A stretch of 64,000 bases of DNA from Acidobacteriota bacterium (GCA_037442885.1 JBBIPK010000006.1:4548-68547), one strand, 5' to 3'. Shown: positions 29,817 through 43,515, numbered from the stretch's first letter. The notes: generated by a model not told the origin, from the sequence alone. A program made the numbers and translations.

Positions 29817-30635
29817 TCAGCCTGTGGGGGTGGGAGCCTCCGCTTTCTTGCGCAGGATTTGCTGCGCCCGTTCGGCCAACTCGTCGGCGCGCTGCAAGAA
29901 CTGCTCGCGCTCGTTGGCGTCGGCGACCAAGTCAGCCTTCTCGCGGTACATCAGGTTCAGATAGGCCATGGCATCCGCATATTCCGGATTGAGCTGGAGT
30001 GCGCGCTCCAGCACTTCGACGCCTTCGTTCACCAACGCGTTGTTCTTCGCCGCCAACTCCTCGCGGGCGCGGCGCGGCAGCGGATCCTCCGGCTTGACGA
30101 GGCCCAGGCGATTCCTGAGCTCCATGCGGGGCTTGTAGGTCAGTGTCCAGTCAATCACCCCGATCGAGTAGTAGTGCTCGGCGTTATTGGGTTCCAGTTC
30201 AATGAGGCGGCGCCGATATTCTTTGGCCTTGTCCAAGGGGGGACGCATCGCCTCGACCTCGCGCTCGGCTCCGCCAATTCCGAAATAGAGGCTGGCGATG
30301 TAGGAGATGCTGGTGATGTTGTTGGGGTCGTACTTGAGGACATCCTCAAAGGCTTCAATGGCCGTCAGCCCGAGGCGTTTGTTGGCCTCGCTAGGCGAGC
30401 CGGGGACGAACTGGTTGGCGTAGGCGATGGCCAGGTAGACGCGGGCGTTGATGAGCTGGGGGTCGAGTTCGATGGCACGCTTGAAGTGCTCGATGGCCGC
30501 GTCGAACTGAGCCCCTTTGTAGGCGCGGACACCCTTGTTCAGCTCATCGCGCGCTCTCAGCTTCTGGCAACTGGTGAGGGAGAAAACAACGATCAGGACA
30601 GCGAGCAGGGCAGCGGTAGCACGCAGACGTGGCAT
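29817..30635 (-). CDS. Tetratricopeptide-repeat lipoprotein
   Basis: Lipobox FSLTSC. TPR-like repeats (GAQFDAAIEHFKRAIELDP, ..AMAYLNLMY). Start set at ATG 30635. Confidence 0.75.
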   Translation of the reverse strand: MPRLRATAALLAVLIVVFSLTSCQKLRARDELNKGVRAYKGAQFDAAIEHFKRAIELDPQLINARVYLAIAYANQFVPGSPSEANKRLGLTAIEAFEDVLKYDPNNITSISYIASLYFGIGGAEREVEAMRPPLDKAKEYRRRLIELEPNNAEHYYSIGVIDWTLTYKPRMELRNRLGLVKPEDPLPRRAREELAAKNNALVNEGVEVLERALQLNPEYADAMAYLNLMYREKADLVADANEREQFLQRADELAERAQQILRKKAEAPTPTG

Positions 30636-30697
30636 CAGGTGGCTCCTCCGCGGTGGCGTCCCGGATGGCATGGGACGCCGGAGTCGGGCCGAGGAAG

Positions 30698-31135
30698 CTA
30701 CTGGCCCGCCTCCACTTTGGCGGTCATCAGGCCGATCTTGTCGACCCCGGCGGCCTTGGCAATATCAATCGCCCGGGCGACCTCACCGAACTCCAACGTG
30801 TCATCACCCTTGACGAAGGCAATCTTTTCCGCGCGCGTCTTGAAGATCTCGCTCAGGCGCGGACCCAGCGTGTCCCAGGTAACCGCATCCTGGTTGATTT
30901 TGACCAGGGTGCCTGCCCCAGCGCGTTCCAGCACGATGACGATGGTGCGGGCCAGCACATCCTCCTGCGTCTGCGTACCCGGAGGCGGCGGCTGCGGCAC
31001 CAGCGCGTCCAGTCCTTTCGGGATCAGCGGCGTGATCACCATGAAGATGATGATCAGCACCAGCAGAATGTCAATGAAGGGCACGACATTGGGGTCCGAC
31101 ATCGCTCCCTTGCCTGTTCCCACCTTCATTCCCAT
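30698..31135 (-). CDS. exbD: ExbD/TolR-family biopolymer transport protein
   Basis: N-terminal PFIDILLVLIIIFMV TM helix, typical length, periplasmic domain. Confidence 0.85.
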   Translation of the reverse strand: MGMKVGTGKGAMSDPNVVPFIDILLVLIIIFMVITPLIPKGLDALVPQPPPPGTQTQEDVLARTIVIVLERAGAGTLVKINQDAVTWDTLGPRLSEIFKTRAEKIAFVKGDDTLEFGEVARAIDIAKAAGVDKIGLMTAKVEAGQ

Positions 31136-31159
31136 CGCCGTTCCTCCTCCGGCTCTCGC

Positions 31160-31636
<477 letters not shown>

Positions 31637-31645
31637 CGTCGCCTC

Positions 31646-32359
31646 CTACTTCTTGTTGCGGCGCATAATGAAGTAGTTGATCAGCTCCTTCGAGCTGTTA
31701 TCCATCTCCACGTCGAAGGCCTCGATCTTGCCGCTGAAGTAGTTGTACATCCAGACGGCCGGCACGGCCACGAACAAGCCGATGGCGGTCGCCACCAGGG
31801 CTTCGGCGATGCCGCCCGCCACCGCGGTCAGACCCGTCGCCTTCTCGGCGTGAATGCCGCGGAAGGCGTTGATGATGCCGACCACGGTGCCGAAGAGGCC
31901 GACGAAGGGCGCGGTGGCTCCGATGGTGGCCAAGCCGCTCAAGCCGCGCTTGAGTTCGGCGTGGACGATGGCCATGGCGCGCTCCAGGGCGCGCTGGCTG
32001 GCCTCAATTTCCTGGCCGGGGATTTCGGAGGCGGTTTGAAACTCCTGCAAGCCGGTGGCGACCACTTTGGCGATATGGCTCTTTTTGTTGCGCTCGGCGA
32101 TGCGGATGGCCTCATCCAGCTTGCCGTCCCGCAGGGCCCCCGAGACCGCTTGGACAAAGAGGCGCGATTGCAGGCGCGCCGCGCGATAGGTGAGCCCGCG
32201 GTCAATCATGACGCCGACCGACCAAGCCGACATCAAGAACAGAATGATGACCACAATGCGGGCGGGCCAACCCATGGCAGCCCACATACTGCGCAGGTCC
32301 CAGCCCACCACCGGTTGTTCCTGCAACCAGAACGCGATCATGTACAGAGTGGCAAGCAT
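31646..32359 (-). CDS. exbB: MotA/TolQ/ExbB proton-channel protein
   Basis: Three TM helices; LATIGATAPFVGLFGTVVGIINAF signature. Confidence 0.9.
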   Translation of the reverse strand: MLATLYMIAFWLQEQPVVGWDLRSMWAAMGWPARIVVIILFLMSAWSVGVMIDRGLTYRAARLQSRLFVQAVSGALRDGKLDEAIRIAERNKKSHIAKVVATGLQEFQTASEIPGQEIEASQRALERAMAIVHAELKRGLSGLATIGATAPFVGLFGTVVGIINAFRGIHAEKATGLTAVAGGIAEALVATAIGLFVAVPAVWMYNYFSGKIEAFDVEMDNSSKELINYFIMRRNKK

Positions 32360-32416
32360 TCTCTCTCCTCCCCGTTTTGGACTCGAATCCCGAGTGTCGG
32401 ACTTCCTTTCTCCCGT

Positions 32417-33139
32417 TCAGTTCAGACGGAATACAACGTCGATATAAGTTAGGACTTCCACCGGCTCGTTGTTGAGCAGGGTGGGCTCGTAGCGCCACTG
32501 CTGCACGGCGTCGAGCGCCGCTTGCACGAGCAAGGGGTGTCCCTGGATCACCGTCAGGTTCTGCACCGTCCCGTCCTTGCCGATGACCGCCTCGAGCTTG
32601 ACCACGCCTTGAATGCGCGCTTGCTTGGCCAGGGGCGGGTAGAGGGGCAGGACGTGGCGAATCTTCTTCGCCTCCTGCACGCCGCTCGAGACGCGGATGC
32701 GCTTGGGCGGTTCGACGGGAGGCGGTGGAGCCGGAATGCTGCCAATGACGCCCCCGATGACACCGCCGAGCTGCCCGCTGGCGATGCCGCCCGGCACGCC
32801 ACCCACCACACCCGGCATGCTGGGCATTTCCTCTTCCCGGATGATTTCGATGCGCTTAGGGATCTGGGAGGGAGCGCGCAGCTTGCCGGCTTCCATCAAG
32901 CTGACTTTCTTGATGACGCGCGGAGCTACTTTGGGGGCGGGCGGCGGGGGCGGAGGCGGCGGCGGGGGCGGCGCGGCCACCCAGCTGACAAAGGCTTGGG
33001 TCGGGAGGGCTTCCGTGTAGAGCAACGGAACCAAGATCATCACCCCGACGACCAGGATTTGGATGGCCATCGAAGCGAAGTACGCCCAGGGATTGCGACG
33101 GTGCTTCCGTGTGGAAGACACAATCATCTGGTCAAACAT
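32417..33139 (-). CDS. tonB: TonB-family energy transducer
   Basis: N-terminal TM helix, poly-Pro linker (PPPPPPPPPPPPAP), C-terminal TonB domain (YPPLAKQARIQGVVKLEAVIGKDGTV). Confidence 0.85.
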   Translation of the reverse strand: MFDQMIVSSTRKHRRNPWAYFASMAIQILVVGVMILVPLLYTEALPTQAFVSWVAAPPPPPPPPPPPAPKVAPRVIKKVSLMEAGKLRAPSQIPKRIEIIREEEMPSMPGVVGGVPGGIASGQLGGVIGGVIGSIPAPPPPVEPPKRIRVSSGVQEAKKIRHVLPLYPPLAKQARIQGVVKLEAVIGKDGTVQNLTVIQGHPLLVQAALDAVQQWRYEPTLLNNEPVEVLTYIDVVFRLN

Positions 33140-33142
33140 AGG

Positions 33143-34419
33143 CTAGCGCCCCTTTCGGCCGGCCGGCGTGGCCCCGGCCTTGGAATTCTCTGCGACGCTC
33201 ACTGGTTGGCTCCCGGTTCTTGCCTTCTCCGCCCGGGCCGGGGCGGCTGACGGCCGCGTCCCCGGCTGCTTCCGCTCCATCCATCCTATCACAATCGGGC
33301 TGGCAATAAAGAGAGTCGAATAACTTCCTACGATGAACCCGACCACCAGGGTAAAGGCGAAGCCCCGGAGAACCTCGCCCCCGAACAAGAATAACGCGAG
33401 AACGGAGATAAATGTCAAGCCGGAGGTGAGGATGGTGCGGCTGAGGGTCTGGTTGATGCTGCGGTTGACCAGTTGCGGGAAGGGCTCGCGCCGCAGCAGG
33501 CGCACGTTCTCGCGGATGCGATCGAAGATGACGATCGTGTCGTTCACCGAGAAGCCCACCAGGGTCAACAGTGCCGCCACCACGTTCAAGCTGATCTCAT
33601 AGTTGAAAAAGGAAAGGAAGCCCAGCGTCACGGCCACGTCGTGAAACACGGCAATCACCGCGGCACTCCCGTAGACCCAGTGGCGGAATCGCCAGCCGAT
33701 GTAGAAGAGGATGCCGCCGAGCGCGTAGAGAGTTGCGGCCAAGGCTTGCAGGCGGAGCTGTCGGCCCACCCGCGGCCCCACAATCTCCACGTTGCGCACC
33801 ACGAAGGGCGACAGGAAGGCGTTTTGTTCGAGGTAGGCGACGATAGCCGGGGGCACCGAGGGCAGGCTGCGCACCTCGTCCAGGCTGCGGAAGAGGCCGC
33901 CGCGCTGGGTGTCGCGGACATCGGTGAGGGCTTCGGCGATTTCGCGGTAGCGGGTGGCGGCCTGGGCGGGTTGCGAAGCCAGGCCGATGGGGTCTGCCGT
34001 CAAGAGGCGCTCGGCCAGGGTGTCGCGGCCGACTTGGTTGAGGTCGAGCTTGTCGGGCGGCGTGCCGAAGGTCGCGCGGAGAGTCTCCAAGATGGCAATC
34101 CGCCCGGTGTCGAGAGCTTCTTCTTCGGAGCCTTTCTGTTCCAGGCCGATGATGAGCTCGTTGTTTGCTTCCGGGCCGTAGCGCTGGATGGTGCTGGAGC
34201 CGAGGCCGCGCTGGCCCAGGGCGGCGCGCAGGCGATCCAGCTCGGGCGTCTGCGCGAACTTCACATAGACGAGCGTGCCACCGCGGAAATCGATGCCAAA
34301 GCGGGGGCCACCCTTGGCCACCATCGAGCCGATCCCCGCCAGGATGATGATGATGGAGAGAACGATGCAGTACCACTTCTTCCCCAGGAAGTCGTAGTTG
34401 GCGTCGCGAAAGAGTTCAA

Positions 34420-34423
<4 letters not shown>
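33143..34423 (-). CDS. secF: Protein translocase subunit SecF
   Basis: IELFRDANYDFLGKKW start, SecDF RND-like TM bundle. ATGA overlap with secD at 34420-34423. Confidence 0.9.
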
Positions 34424-36054
<1,631 letters not shown>

Positions 36055-36078
36055 CGCCGGTGGGAAGGTTGGGTCATC

Positions 36079-36426
36079 TCAGGATTTGGTTTCGGCTTCC
36101 GCCGCGGAGGGCTGAAATCCCGCGATGGCATGGCGCATGACTTCGACGCGCACCTGGTCGGCAATGCGCAGCGTGACCACGTTGTCCTTGATGCCGACAA
36201 TCGTGCCCAGAATGCCGCCGCTCGTCACCACGCGGTCGCCGGTCTTGAGCGCCGCGAGCATCTGCTGCTGGCGCTTGCGCTGCCGCTGCGCGGGAAGAAT
36301 CAGGAGGAAGTAGAAGATCACTAGGATGAAGACCAGCGGCAGAAACGCGCCCCAGGGACTTCCCTGCGGTTGCTGCAACGCCGCGAGACTCGCCAACACC
36401 CTGAGCCCTCCCACTTCAACCAGCAT
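36079..36426 (-). CDS. yajC: Preprotein translocase subunit YajC
   Basis: LVIFYFLLILPAQRQRKRQQQML..LKTGDRVVTSGGILGTIV. Conserved tgt-yajC-secDF order. Confidence 0.85.
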   Translation of the reverse strand: MLVEVGGLRVLASLAALQQPQGSPWGAFLPLVFILVIFYFLLILPAQRQRKRQQQMLAALKTGDRVVTSGGILGTIVGIKDNVVTLRIADQVRVEVMRHAIAGFQPSAAEAETKS

Positions 36427-36616
36427 GGCTGTGAGCGGACAAACTGGACAACCCGTGCCGCGCGCTCGCCGGTCTCCCCACGACTTTCCGCCTCGCCTAC
36501 AGAAGCGAGCGCCGCGTTGGCGTCAAACGCGATACTCTGCCGAATGCCTGCGACCCTGTCAAGGCAAAATCAGCGCCCAGACCCCAACTCGGCGGGAGGG
36601 GACAAAACGGTCGCAG

Positions 36617-36646
36617 CCGGACGGAACCGGGCGGAACGGGACGGAA
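36617..36646. repeat. Tandem decamer repeat x3
   Basis: CCGGACGGAA CCGGGCGGAA CGGGACGGAA, in the 296-nt tgt-yajC spacer. Confidence 0.6.
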
Positions 36647-36722
36647 AACGTCGACCCCAGACGGCAAAGAGAAGACCCGGTGGCCTGCCGTGGGCGAAGT
36701 CGAAGGGCTCCCCCCCGGGTTC

Positions 36723-37985
<1,263 letters not shown>

Positions 37986-38010
37986 TCACTATACCACCGC
38001 CCCCACGCAG

Positions 38011-38081
38011 GTGCGGGAGGGCACGACTTTAGTCGTGCCGAACGCAACAGCTAAGAAGAGGGGGGCTTTAGCCTCTGAGGT
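38011..38081. repeat. Dispersed two-hairpin repeat element, copy B
   Basis: TGCGGGAGGGCACGACTTTAGTCGTGCCGAA, spacer, GGCTTTAGCCTCTGAGGT. The stem carries a compensatory GGC/GCC to GAC/GTC change relative to copy A (7256-7324). Confidence 0.7.
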
Positions 38082-38958
38082 ACGGAGACAACCATGGCTT
38101 CCCCTTCTGGGTCGTCTTTGACGCTCAACCAGGACTGGAGCTACTATCGGCGGCGGTTTTGCATCAAACCCGCTGGGACAGGAATCACGAAAGAGCGTGG
38201 TTAGAAGATCATACGACTTGGCCCTAATCTTTTTTCTTCTAGGGGTCGTTGCCCTATCTGTCTTTGTCATTCGGAACGTATAAAGCTCATCCGAGAAGAG
38301 GAGCGAGAAAATAGGGCCGGGTGCCGGACGATCATTCCAGTGCCACAGGCAGGTTGGCCCACCCTTCGCTCTTTGAAGGGTGGGGCCGGTAGCGGCGAGG
38401 AATGCCAGCCTGGGTTCGTGGCATTCCTCGTCGGTCTGTCCAGGTCTGAGAAAAAAGCTCTTGCGGCTGGCACCCGTACGGGTGGCAATTAGGGCCTGAA
38501 CTATCGACGACGATTCGGGCAGACCGAATCGTCACCGCTACCCAAGCGGAAGGGCGCACAAGCAGATCCCTCCCCGCCCTTTCCGTGGCGGGCAGGTCTC
38601 GGCCTGTCTTGCGAATCGGCCGGAAAGGGCCGGGTCGGGATGACAGAAGCAAGAGTGCAATCGGCAGATTAGAAAGAGGATAGGGAGGAGATCCGCAAAA
38701 ACCGCACCGTCCGTACCGGCGGAGACAGGGAGGGGGAGAGGATGGTAACTGGTAACCCTTCGGCCTGCAGCCTCAGGGCAGGCTGGTGACTCGTGGCTGG
38801 TGCCTCGAGGCTTGTGCGCCGTTCGACTGCGCTCCCCCTCGACTCCGCTCAGCGCGATGATACGGGCTTCCACCGCCATGATGTCCCCATTCGGGCGCGG
38901 GCGCAGCGCGAAATCCTTGCCGCTGCCAGCCCCGCCTCGTGTAGGATAAGCAACTCCA

Positions 38959-40872
38959 ATGCGCAAGCCGCTCGACGCGTTTCGGAATCTCGGCATGGAA
39001 GAGCCGAGGGTGAACAAGACCGCAGCATTAGTCATCCTCCTCCTGCTGGTCTTGGGCGGGCTGGCTTGGTATTTCTGGCCGCGGCCGCCGCGCGTGGTCT
39101 GGGTGGGCGTGGACGCGGGCTCCAGCCATCTTCTCGAGGAGTACCTCGCCAACGGGACCTTGCCCGCAGAGGGCGGCTTCGCCCAACTCGTCCGCCGCGG
39201 CGTGCGCGCCGCTGCCCTGCCCGTGCAGATCTCGATGACCGGTCCCAGCTTCGCCTCCCTCTACACCGGCGCCCATCCCGAGCGCCACGGCTTGATGGGC
39301 AACACTTACTACCGCGTCAGCGACCCGCTGGGGAAAACTATCTCGGCCTTTGACGCTCCGCTCGCCGCCGAGCCCATCTGGCAGACGCTGCGCCGCGCCG
39401 GCAAGCGCGTCATCCTGGTCGGCCAGGACATCGGCCTGGCCACGCCCGGCCCCGGCCCCGACGCCGTCCTCGCCCTCGGCCAGAACGACGGCTCGAGCCA
39501 ACTCGTCGAGCTTACCGCCGCCGACTTCGCACCCGCCGAAGATTGGCAGTTCGGCCGCAGGCGCTTCGAACACGCCCGCGCGGCTTCCTTCCTCATCAGC
39601 ACGCGCCAGCACGGCCAGCACCGCGCAAACCTTCTGGTCGGCGACAGCAAACACGACGGCCAGGAGCGCTACGACCGCCTGCTCATTGACTTCGACCGCG
39701 ACCTCGCCAACGGCGTCGCCGCCGAACTCGCCCCCAGCCAGTGGGCGCCCGTGCGCTTGCCCATCGAGCACACCACGGCCATCGGCTCCTGGGTCAAGCT
39801 ACTGGAGGTAGCCGACGACTTGAGCCGCCTGCGCCTCTACGTCGGCGGGGCGCACTACAACCACGGCGCCCCGGTCGAGTTCCTCCAGCGCCTCGAGCGC
39901 GCTCTCGCGCGGGACAAAACCCGACCTTTCTGGCCCGGCGCCCCCGACAACCGCGCCCTCGCCCGCGGCTGGATTGACGACGACACCTGGTTCGAGCAGC
40001 AAGCGCGCGAGGCCTACTACCTGCGCGACGCCGCCGAGTGGGTGATGGAAAACGAGCGCTACGACCTGCTCATCACCTACCAACCGCAAGCCGACCAGGC
40101 CGCGCACGAGTTCTTCCTCCGCCACCCGCGCCAGCAGGGCTACGCCGACCCCGCGCTGCGCGCGCGCATGGCCAAGAATATGGTCAACGCCTGGCTGTGC
40201 GTGGACGCCAACCTCGCCGAAGTGGTCGAGGAAGCCGACCGCTGGACGACCGTCATCGTCACCGCCGATCACGGGATGATTCCTGTGCACACGCGTTTCT
40301 TTCCCAATCGCCTGCTGGCCAGCCGCGGCTTTCGCCTCGCCAGCCCCGGGGCCGAAGCGACCGCGCAGGTGCAGGTCATCCCCAGCGGCGCCCAGGCGCA
40401 CGTCTACCTCAATCTGGCGGGGCGTCAGCCGGACGGGGTCGTTCCGGCGAAGGACTATGCCCGGATTGTCTCGCGCCTGGTGAAGCTGTTTTCCGACGTG
40501 CGCGATCCGCAGAGCGGCGAACCCATCTTCGCCGTCGTTGCCCCCCGCCAGGACACCGCGCGCTTCCACATTCTGAACGAGGAAACAACCGGCGATGTCT
40601 GGCTCTCGCTCAACCCCGGCTATACCTTCGGCAGCAGCAGCGAGCCCGGCGCGCTCTTCGAGCCCGCCGGCCCCGTCGGCATGCACGGCTACCTCGCCGA
40701 CTTCCCCGAGATGCAGGCTCTATTTCTGGCGGTGGGGCCGCAGATTCGCCCCGGACAAATCGGAGTGATCAACAACGTGGACGTCGCGCCCACGGTGGCG
40801 CGCATCCTGGGTACGCCGCCGCCCAAGGACGCGCAGGGCCGCGTGCTGGAAGAAATTTTCAAGCCGAACTAG
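38959..40872 (+). CDS. Alkaline-phosphatase-superfamily protein (nucleotide pyrophosphatase/phosphodiesterase type)
   Basis: N-terminal TM helix, VGVDAG.., SMTGPSFASLYTGAHPERHG (nucleophile Thr region), TADHGM, GMHGY metal ligands. Start could be Met13. Confidence 0.8.
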   Translation: MRKPLDAFRNLGMEEPRVNKTAALVILLLLVLGGLAWYFWPRPPRVVWVGVDAGSSHLLEEYLANGTLPAEGGFAQLVRRGVRAAALPVQISMTGPSFASLYTGAHPERHGLMGNTYYRVSDPLGKTISAFDAPLAAEPIWQTLRRAGKRVILVGQDIGLATPGPGPDAVLALGQNDGSSQLVELTAADFAPAEDWQFGRRRFEHARAASFLISTRQHGQHRANLLVGDSKHDGQERYDRLLIDFDRDLANGVAAELAPSQWAPVRLPIEHTTAIGSWVKLLEVADDLSRLRLYVGGAHYNHGAPVEFLQRLERALARDKTRPFWPGAPDNRALARGWIDDDTWFEQQAREAYYLRDAAEWVMENERYDLLITYQPQADQAAHEFFLRHPRQQGYADPALRARMAKNMVNAWLCVDANLAEVVEEADRWTTVIVTADHGMIPVHTRFFPNRLLASRGFRLASPGAEATAQVQVIPSGAQAHVYLNLAGRQPDGVVPAKDYARIVSRLVKLFSDVRDPQSGEPIFAVVAPRQDTARFHILNEETTGDVWLSLNPGYTFGSSSEPGALFEPAGPVGMHGYLADFPEMQALFLAVGPQIRPGQIGVINNVDVAPTVARILGTPPPKDAQGRVLEEIFKPN

Positions 40873-40881
40873 GAGGGACGT

Positions 40882-41418
40882 ATGGACTCACTGCTGCCGG
40901 GCTTGCGGGCCATGCCGAACATCCATCCCCTGCTCGTCCATTTCCCCATCGCCTTTCTCTGGGGCGCGCTGCTGGTGGAGGCGCTGGCCGTCTGGCGCCG
41001 CCGCGACGACTGGCACCGCGCCGCCGTCGTGCTCCTCTACCTGGGCGCGGCCGGCGCCATCGCCGCCGCCACTTCCGGCTGGTTTGCCGAAGAAACCGTC
41101 GAGCACACCGAGGCCTCCCACGAAGTGCTCGAGCTGCACGAAACTATCATGCTCTGGATGACCAGCATTACGGTGGTATTGGCCGGTGTCGTCTTCTTCG
41201 GCACCGGACGACTCGAACCTCGCCGCCTGCAAACCTTCCTGCTCGCGGGGCTGCTGGTTGTCTGCCTGATGCTGCTGTTCGGCGCCGACCGCGGCGGCCA
41301 GCTCGTCTATCAATTCGGCACCGGTGTGCAGAAGCCCGCCGCCCCGCCTCCACCGCCAACGTCAGAAACCGCTCCTGCGACGCCGCAATCCCAGCACCAA
41401 CACCAGCACCAACACTGA
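40882..41418 (+). CDS. DUF2231-like integral membrane protein with C-terminal Pro-rich and (QH)n tail
   Basis: HPLLVHFPIAFL motif, four TM helices, tail PAAPPPPPTSETAPATPQSQHQHQHQH. Confidence 0.7.
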   Translation: MDSLLPGLRAMPNIHPLLVHFPIAFLWGALLVEALAVWRRRDDWHRAAVVLLYLGAAGAIAAATSGWFAEETVEHTEASHEVLELHETIMLWMTSITVVLAGVVFFGTGRLEPRRLQTFLLAGLLVVCLMLLFGADRGGQLVYQFGTGVQKPAAPPPPPTSETAPATPQSQHQHQHQH

Positions 41419-41420
41419 AG

Positions 41421-41494
41421 CAGCAGTCAGCAGTCAGCTCTCAGCTTTCAGCCCAGCCGGGCAAGCCGAGTTTCGATTCTCGAGTTTCGTTCCG
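41421..41494. repeat. Two adjacent tandem heptamer arrays between convergent genes
   Basis: (CAGCWBT)x5 at 41421-41455 and (CGAKTYT)x4 at 41467-41494. Confidence 0.8.
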
Positions 41495-41503
41495 GTCAGG
41501 TCT

Positions 41504-43342
41504 TCAGGCAGGCCTGACTTTCAGCACCACCACCGTGCGGTCGTCGGCCTGCTCGCCCTTGCGGGCAGCGTAGCTGTCGGTGGCGCGAATCAGCTCGTCA
41601 GCGATGTCGCGGGCTGAACCGCCCGCCATTTCCTCCAGCATCGCCTGCAGCCGCCCGGCGCCAAACTCCTCGGCGCGGTGGTTCATGCACTCGTGCAGGC
41701 CATCGGAGCAGAAGACCGCCACATCGCCGCCGTGCAGCGCCAGCTTCTTCTGCTCATAGGAGACTCCGGGCAGCATGCCGAGCGGCACGCCGTCCACCGC
41801 TATCTGCTCGGCGCGATCCCCGCGCACCAGCCATGGCCGGGTGAAACCTGCGTTGGCGACCGTCAGGCTCTTGCCGCGCGGGTCATAGAGACTGAACAGC
41901 AGCGCCACAAACCGGTTGTCGAGCCGTGGCTGCCGCAACTGCTCGTTCATCCGCGCCAGCATCTCCGTCGGCTCGCAGGGATGGTGGACGACGTGGCTGC
42001 GCATGATGCCGACCGCCAGCGCTCCATAGAGCGCCGCCGCCGACGCCTTCCCCGCTACATCCCCCACCGTGATTGCCCACCGCCCATCGGCGTAGGGCAG
42101 GAAATCGTAGATGTCACCGCCCAGATGCAACGCCGGCTGATAGGCAACCGCCACGTCCAGACCGGGCAGGTGCGCCGGCACTTCCGGCAGCAAGCCCTTC
42201 TGGATCTCCCGTGCCATCGAAAGGTCTTCCTCCAGCTGCTGCTCGTCCTCGCGCAGCTTCTCGTAGAGCCGCGCATTCTCCAGGGCGATGGCGATGTAGG
42301 AAGCGAGCGTGGAAAGCATCTGCTCATGCTGCTCGCTGAAGGCATTGTACTCGGTGCTCTCCAGGTCGAGTACGCCAATCAGGCGGTCCTTGAAGACCAG
42401 CGGCACGGCCAGTTCCGAGCGCACCTCTACTCCATGGCCGCAGCGGACGTAGCGCGGATCCAGATGCACGTTGGGCACGCGGATGGACTGCCGCAGCGCG
42501 GCCGCCGTCCCGCAAATGCCGTAGCCGAGCGGGAAGCCGCCCTTCTCGGTGATGCGCTCGTCGTAGCGCAGCGAGAAGGTGTGCTCCAGCCGCTGCGTCT
42601 CCTCGTCCCACAGCATCACGCAGAACAACTGGAAGTCGATCAGCCGCTTCACAATCTGGGCAATCTTGCGGAAGAGCTGCTCGCGCTCGAGGATGGACGT
42701 CAGCTCGCGGCTCACCTCGTGCAGCAGGGAGAGGGTGCGCGTCTGTTCGCGCAGGTTCTCGTAGAGGCGCGCGTTCTCGATGGCATTGGCCAGGTGCCCG
42801 GCCAGGAAGGTGAGCACGCGTTGATGGCTCGGGGTGAAGAAGTTCACGTGCCGGCTCCCGACGTCGAGCACGCCCACCGTGCGGTTCTTGACCACCAGCG
42901 GAATGGCCAGCTCCGAGCGAATGCCTTCGCCCGCGTTGATGTAGCGGGGATCGGTGCGGACATCGCCGACGCGCAGCGGCATTCCGGTCTGCGCCACCGT
43001 CCCGACGATTCCCTGCCCCAGGCCGAAGCGCCAGTGCTTGATCACTTCGGGGGGATAGCCGATGTTGAAATGGATACGCAGCTCCTGGCCGATGGAGTCG
43101 AGCAGCAGCACCCCGAAGCTGTCGTAGTCCACGTGTTGCTTGACGCCCTCGGCCACCTGACGGAGTACTTCGTTCAGTTCCAGCGTGGAGTTCAGCTCCT
43201 CGGCCATCTGCACCAGAAAACCAATGGGAATCGCCTCGTCCCCAGGCCTGCTGGCCAGCTGCCCCTCCCCGCTCGGAGGAGCCTCGGCGGGAGAAGGGTC
43301 GCCGATGAGTTCGGCCAAATTGTCTCTCAGCACTTCGTCCAT
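41504..43342 (-). CDS. GAF-GAF-PP2C (SpoIIE/RsbU-type) serine phosphatase
   Basis: Two GAF-like modules (…GIVGTVAQTG…, …GICGTAAALRQS…). C-terminal PP2C/SpoIIE domain (LGGDIYDF, GDVAGKASAAAL, FCSDGL, DDRTVVVLK). Confidence 0.85.
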   Translation of the reverse strand: MDEVLRDNLAELIGDPSPAEAPPSGEGQLASRPGDEAIPIGFLVQMAEELNSTLELNEVLRQVAEGVKQHVDYDSFGVLLLDSIGQELRIHFNIGYPPEVIKHWRFGLGQGIVGTVAQTGMPLRVGDVRTDPRYINAGEGIRSELAIPLVVKNRTVGVLDVGSRHVNFFTPSHQRVLTFLAGHLANAIENARLYENLREQTRTLSLLHEVSRELTSILEREQLFRKIAQIVKRLIDFQLFCVMLWDEETQRLEHTFSLRYDERITEKGGFPLGYGICGTAAALRQSIRVPNVHLDPRYVRCGHGVEVRSELAVPLVFKDRLIGVLDLESTEYNAFSEQHEQMLSTLASYIAIALENARLYEKLREDEQQLEEDLSMAREIQKGLLPEVPAHLPGLDVAVAYQPALHLGGDIYDFLPYADGRWAITVGDVAGKASAAALYGALAVGIMRSHVVHHPCEPTEMLARMNEQLRQPRLDNRFVALLFSLYDPRGKSLTVANAGFTRPWLVRGDRAEQIAVDGVPLGMLPGVSYEQKKLALHGGDVAVFCSDGLHECMNHRAEEFGAGRLQAMLEEMAGGSARDIADELIRATDSYAARKGEQADDRTVVVLKVRPA

Positions 43343-43440
43343 GAGCGCTCCATTCTATCCCAATTCAGCAATTGGACGGGGAAAACCGGCCGGCGGTTGT
43401 CTCGCCTGATCGGATGAAACCGCGCGGGTTCGGGATTCCC

Positions 43441-43469
43441 TTGACCGGCTGCCCGCCGGGGCGTAGGAT
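43441..43469 (+). promoter_or_regulatory. Candidate sigma70-type promoter for the REC-HATPase gene
   Basis: TTGACC, 17 nt spacer, TAGGAT, 47 nt upstream of ATG 43516. Confidence 0.45.
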
Positions 43470-43515
43470 GGCAGCCACGCAGAGCCGCAGTCTCGCCGCC
43501 GGCTTCCAGGGCCGG

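Noticed and set aside
27701-29992. Very long ORFs antisense to well-supported genes: 27701..29992+ (763 aa, opposite relA), 30629..32452+ (opposite exbBD), 46323..48170+ (opposite dnaG), 22931..24577- (opposite the biotin carboxylase), 911..2248- and 5857..6849-.
   Set aside because: These are typical high-GC shadow ORFs. They are Arg/Gly/Ala/His/Pro-rich and low in complexity, carry no recognisable motifs, and are fully overlapped by genes with strong family signatures on the other strand.
32920-32985. Extremely GC-rich low-complexity tract (GGGGGCGG/GGCGGC repeats).
   Set aside because: It is explained by the poly-proline linker of TonB on the minus strand (PPPPPPPPPPPPAP). It is not an independent repeat element.
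36427-36722. Promoter call for yajC-secDF in the 296-nt tgt-yajC spacer (minus-strand TTGACA at 36557-36562).
   Set aside because: The best -10 candidate (GAGTAT) needs a 19-nt spacer, and 17-18 nt spacing gives poor hexamers. This is too weak to report as a feature. Only the decamer repeat at 36617-36646 is reported.
38082-38958. Tested the 1 kb non-coding region by eye for RNase P RNA, SRP RNA, tmRNA, 6S RNA and tRNA.
   Set aside because: No GAGGAAAGUCCGGGC / ACAGAACCCGGCUUA pair (RNase P). The GGAA-loop hairpin lacks the flanking SRP helix-8 AGCA/GGAAGCAGCC motif. No tRNA-like GGTTCGAATCC T-arm and no CCA-proximal acceptor. No family could be supported.
38538-39152. Listed ORFs in the tgt-upstream region: 38538..39152- (204 aa), 38332..38652-, 38267..38488-, 37989..38270- and 38793..39353+.
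   Set aside because: No motifs, and composition dominated by repeat-derived peptides (..ALSGVEGE.., ..GHDFSRAE..). They overlap each other and the credible phosphodiesterase gene start. They are more likely translation of repeats.
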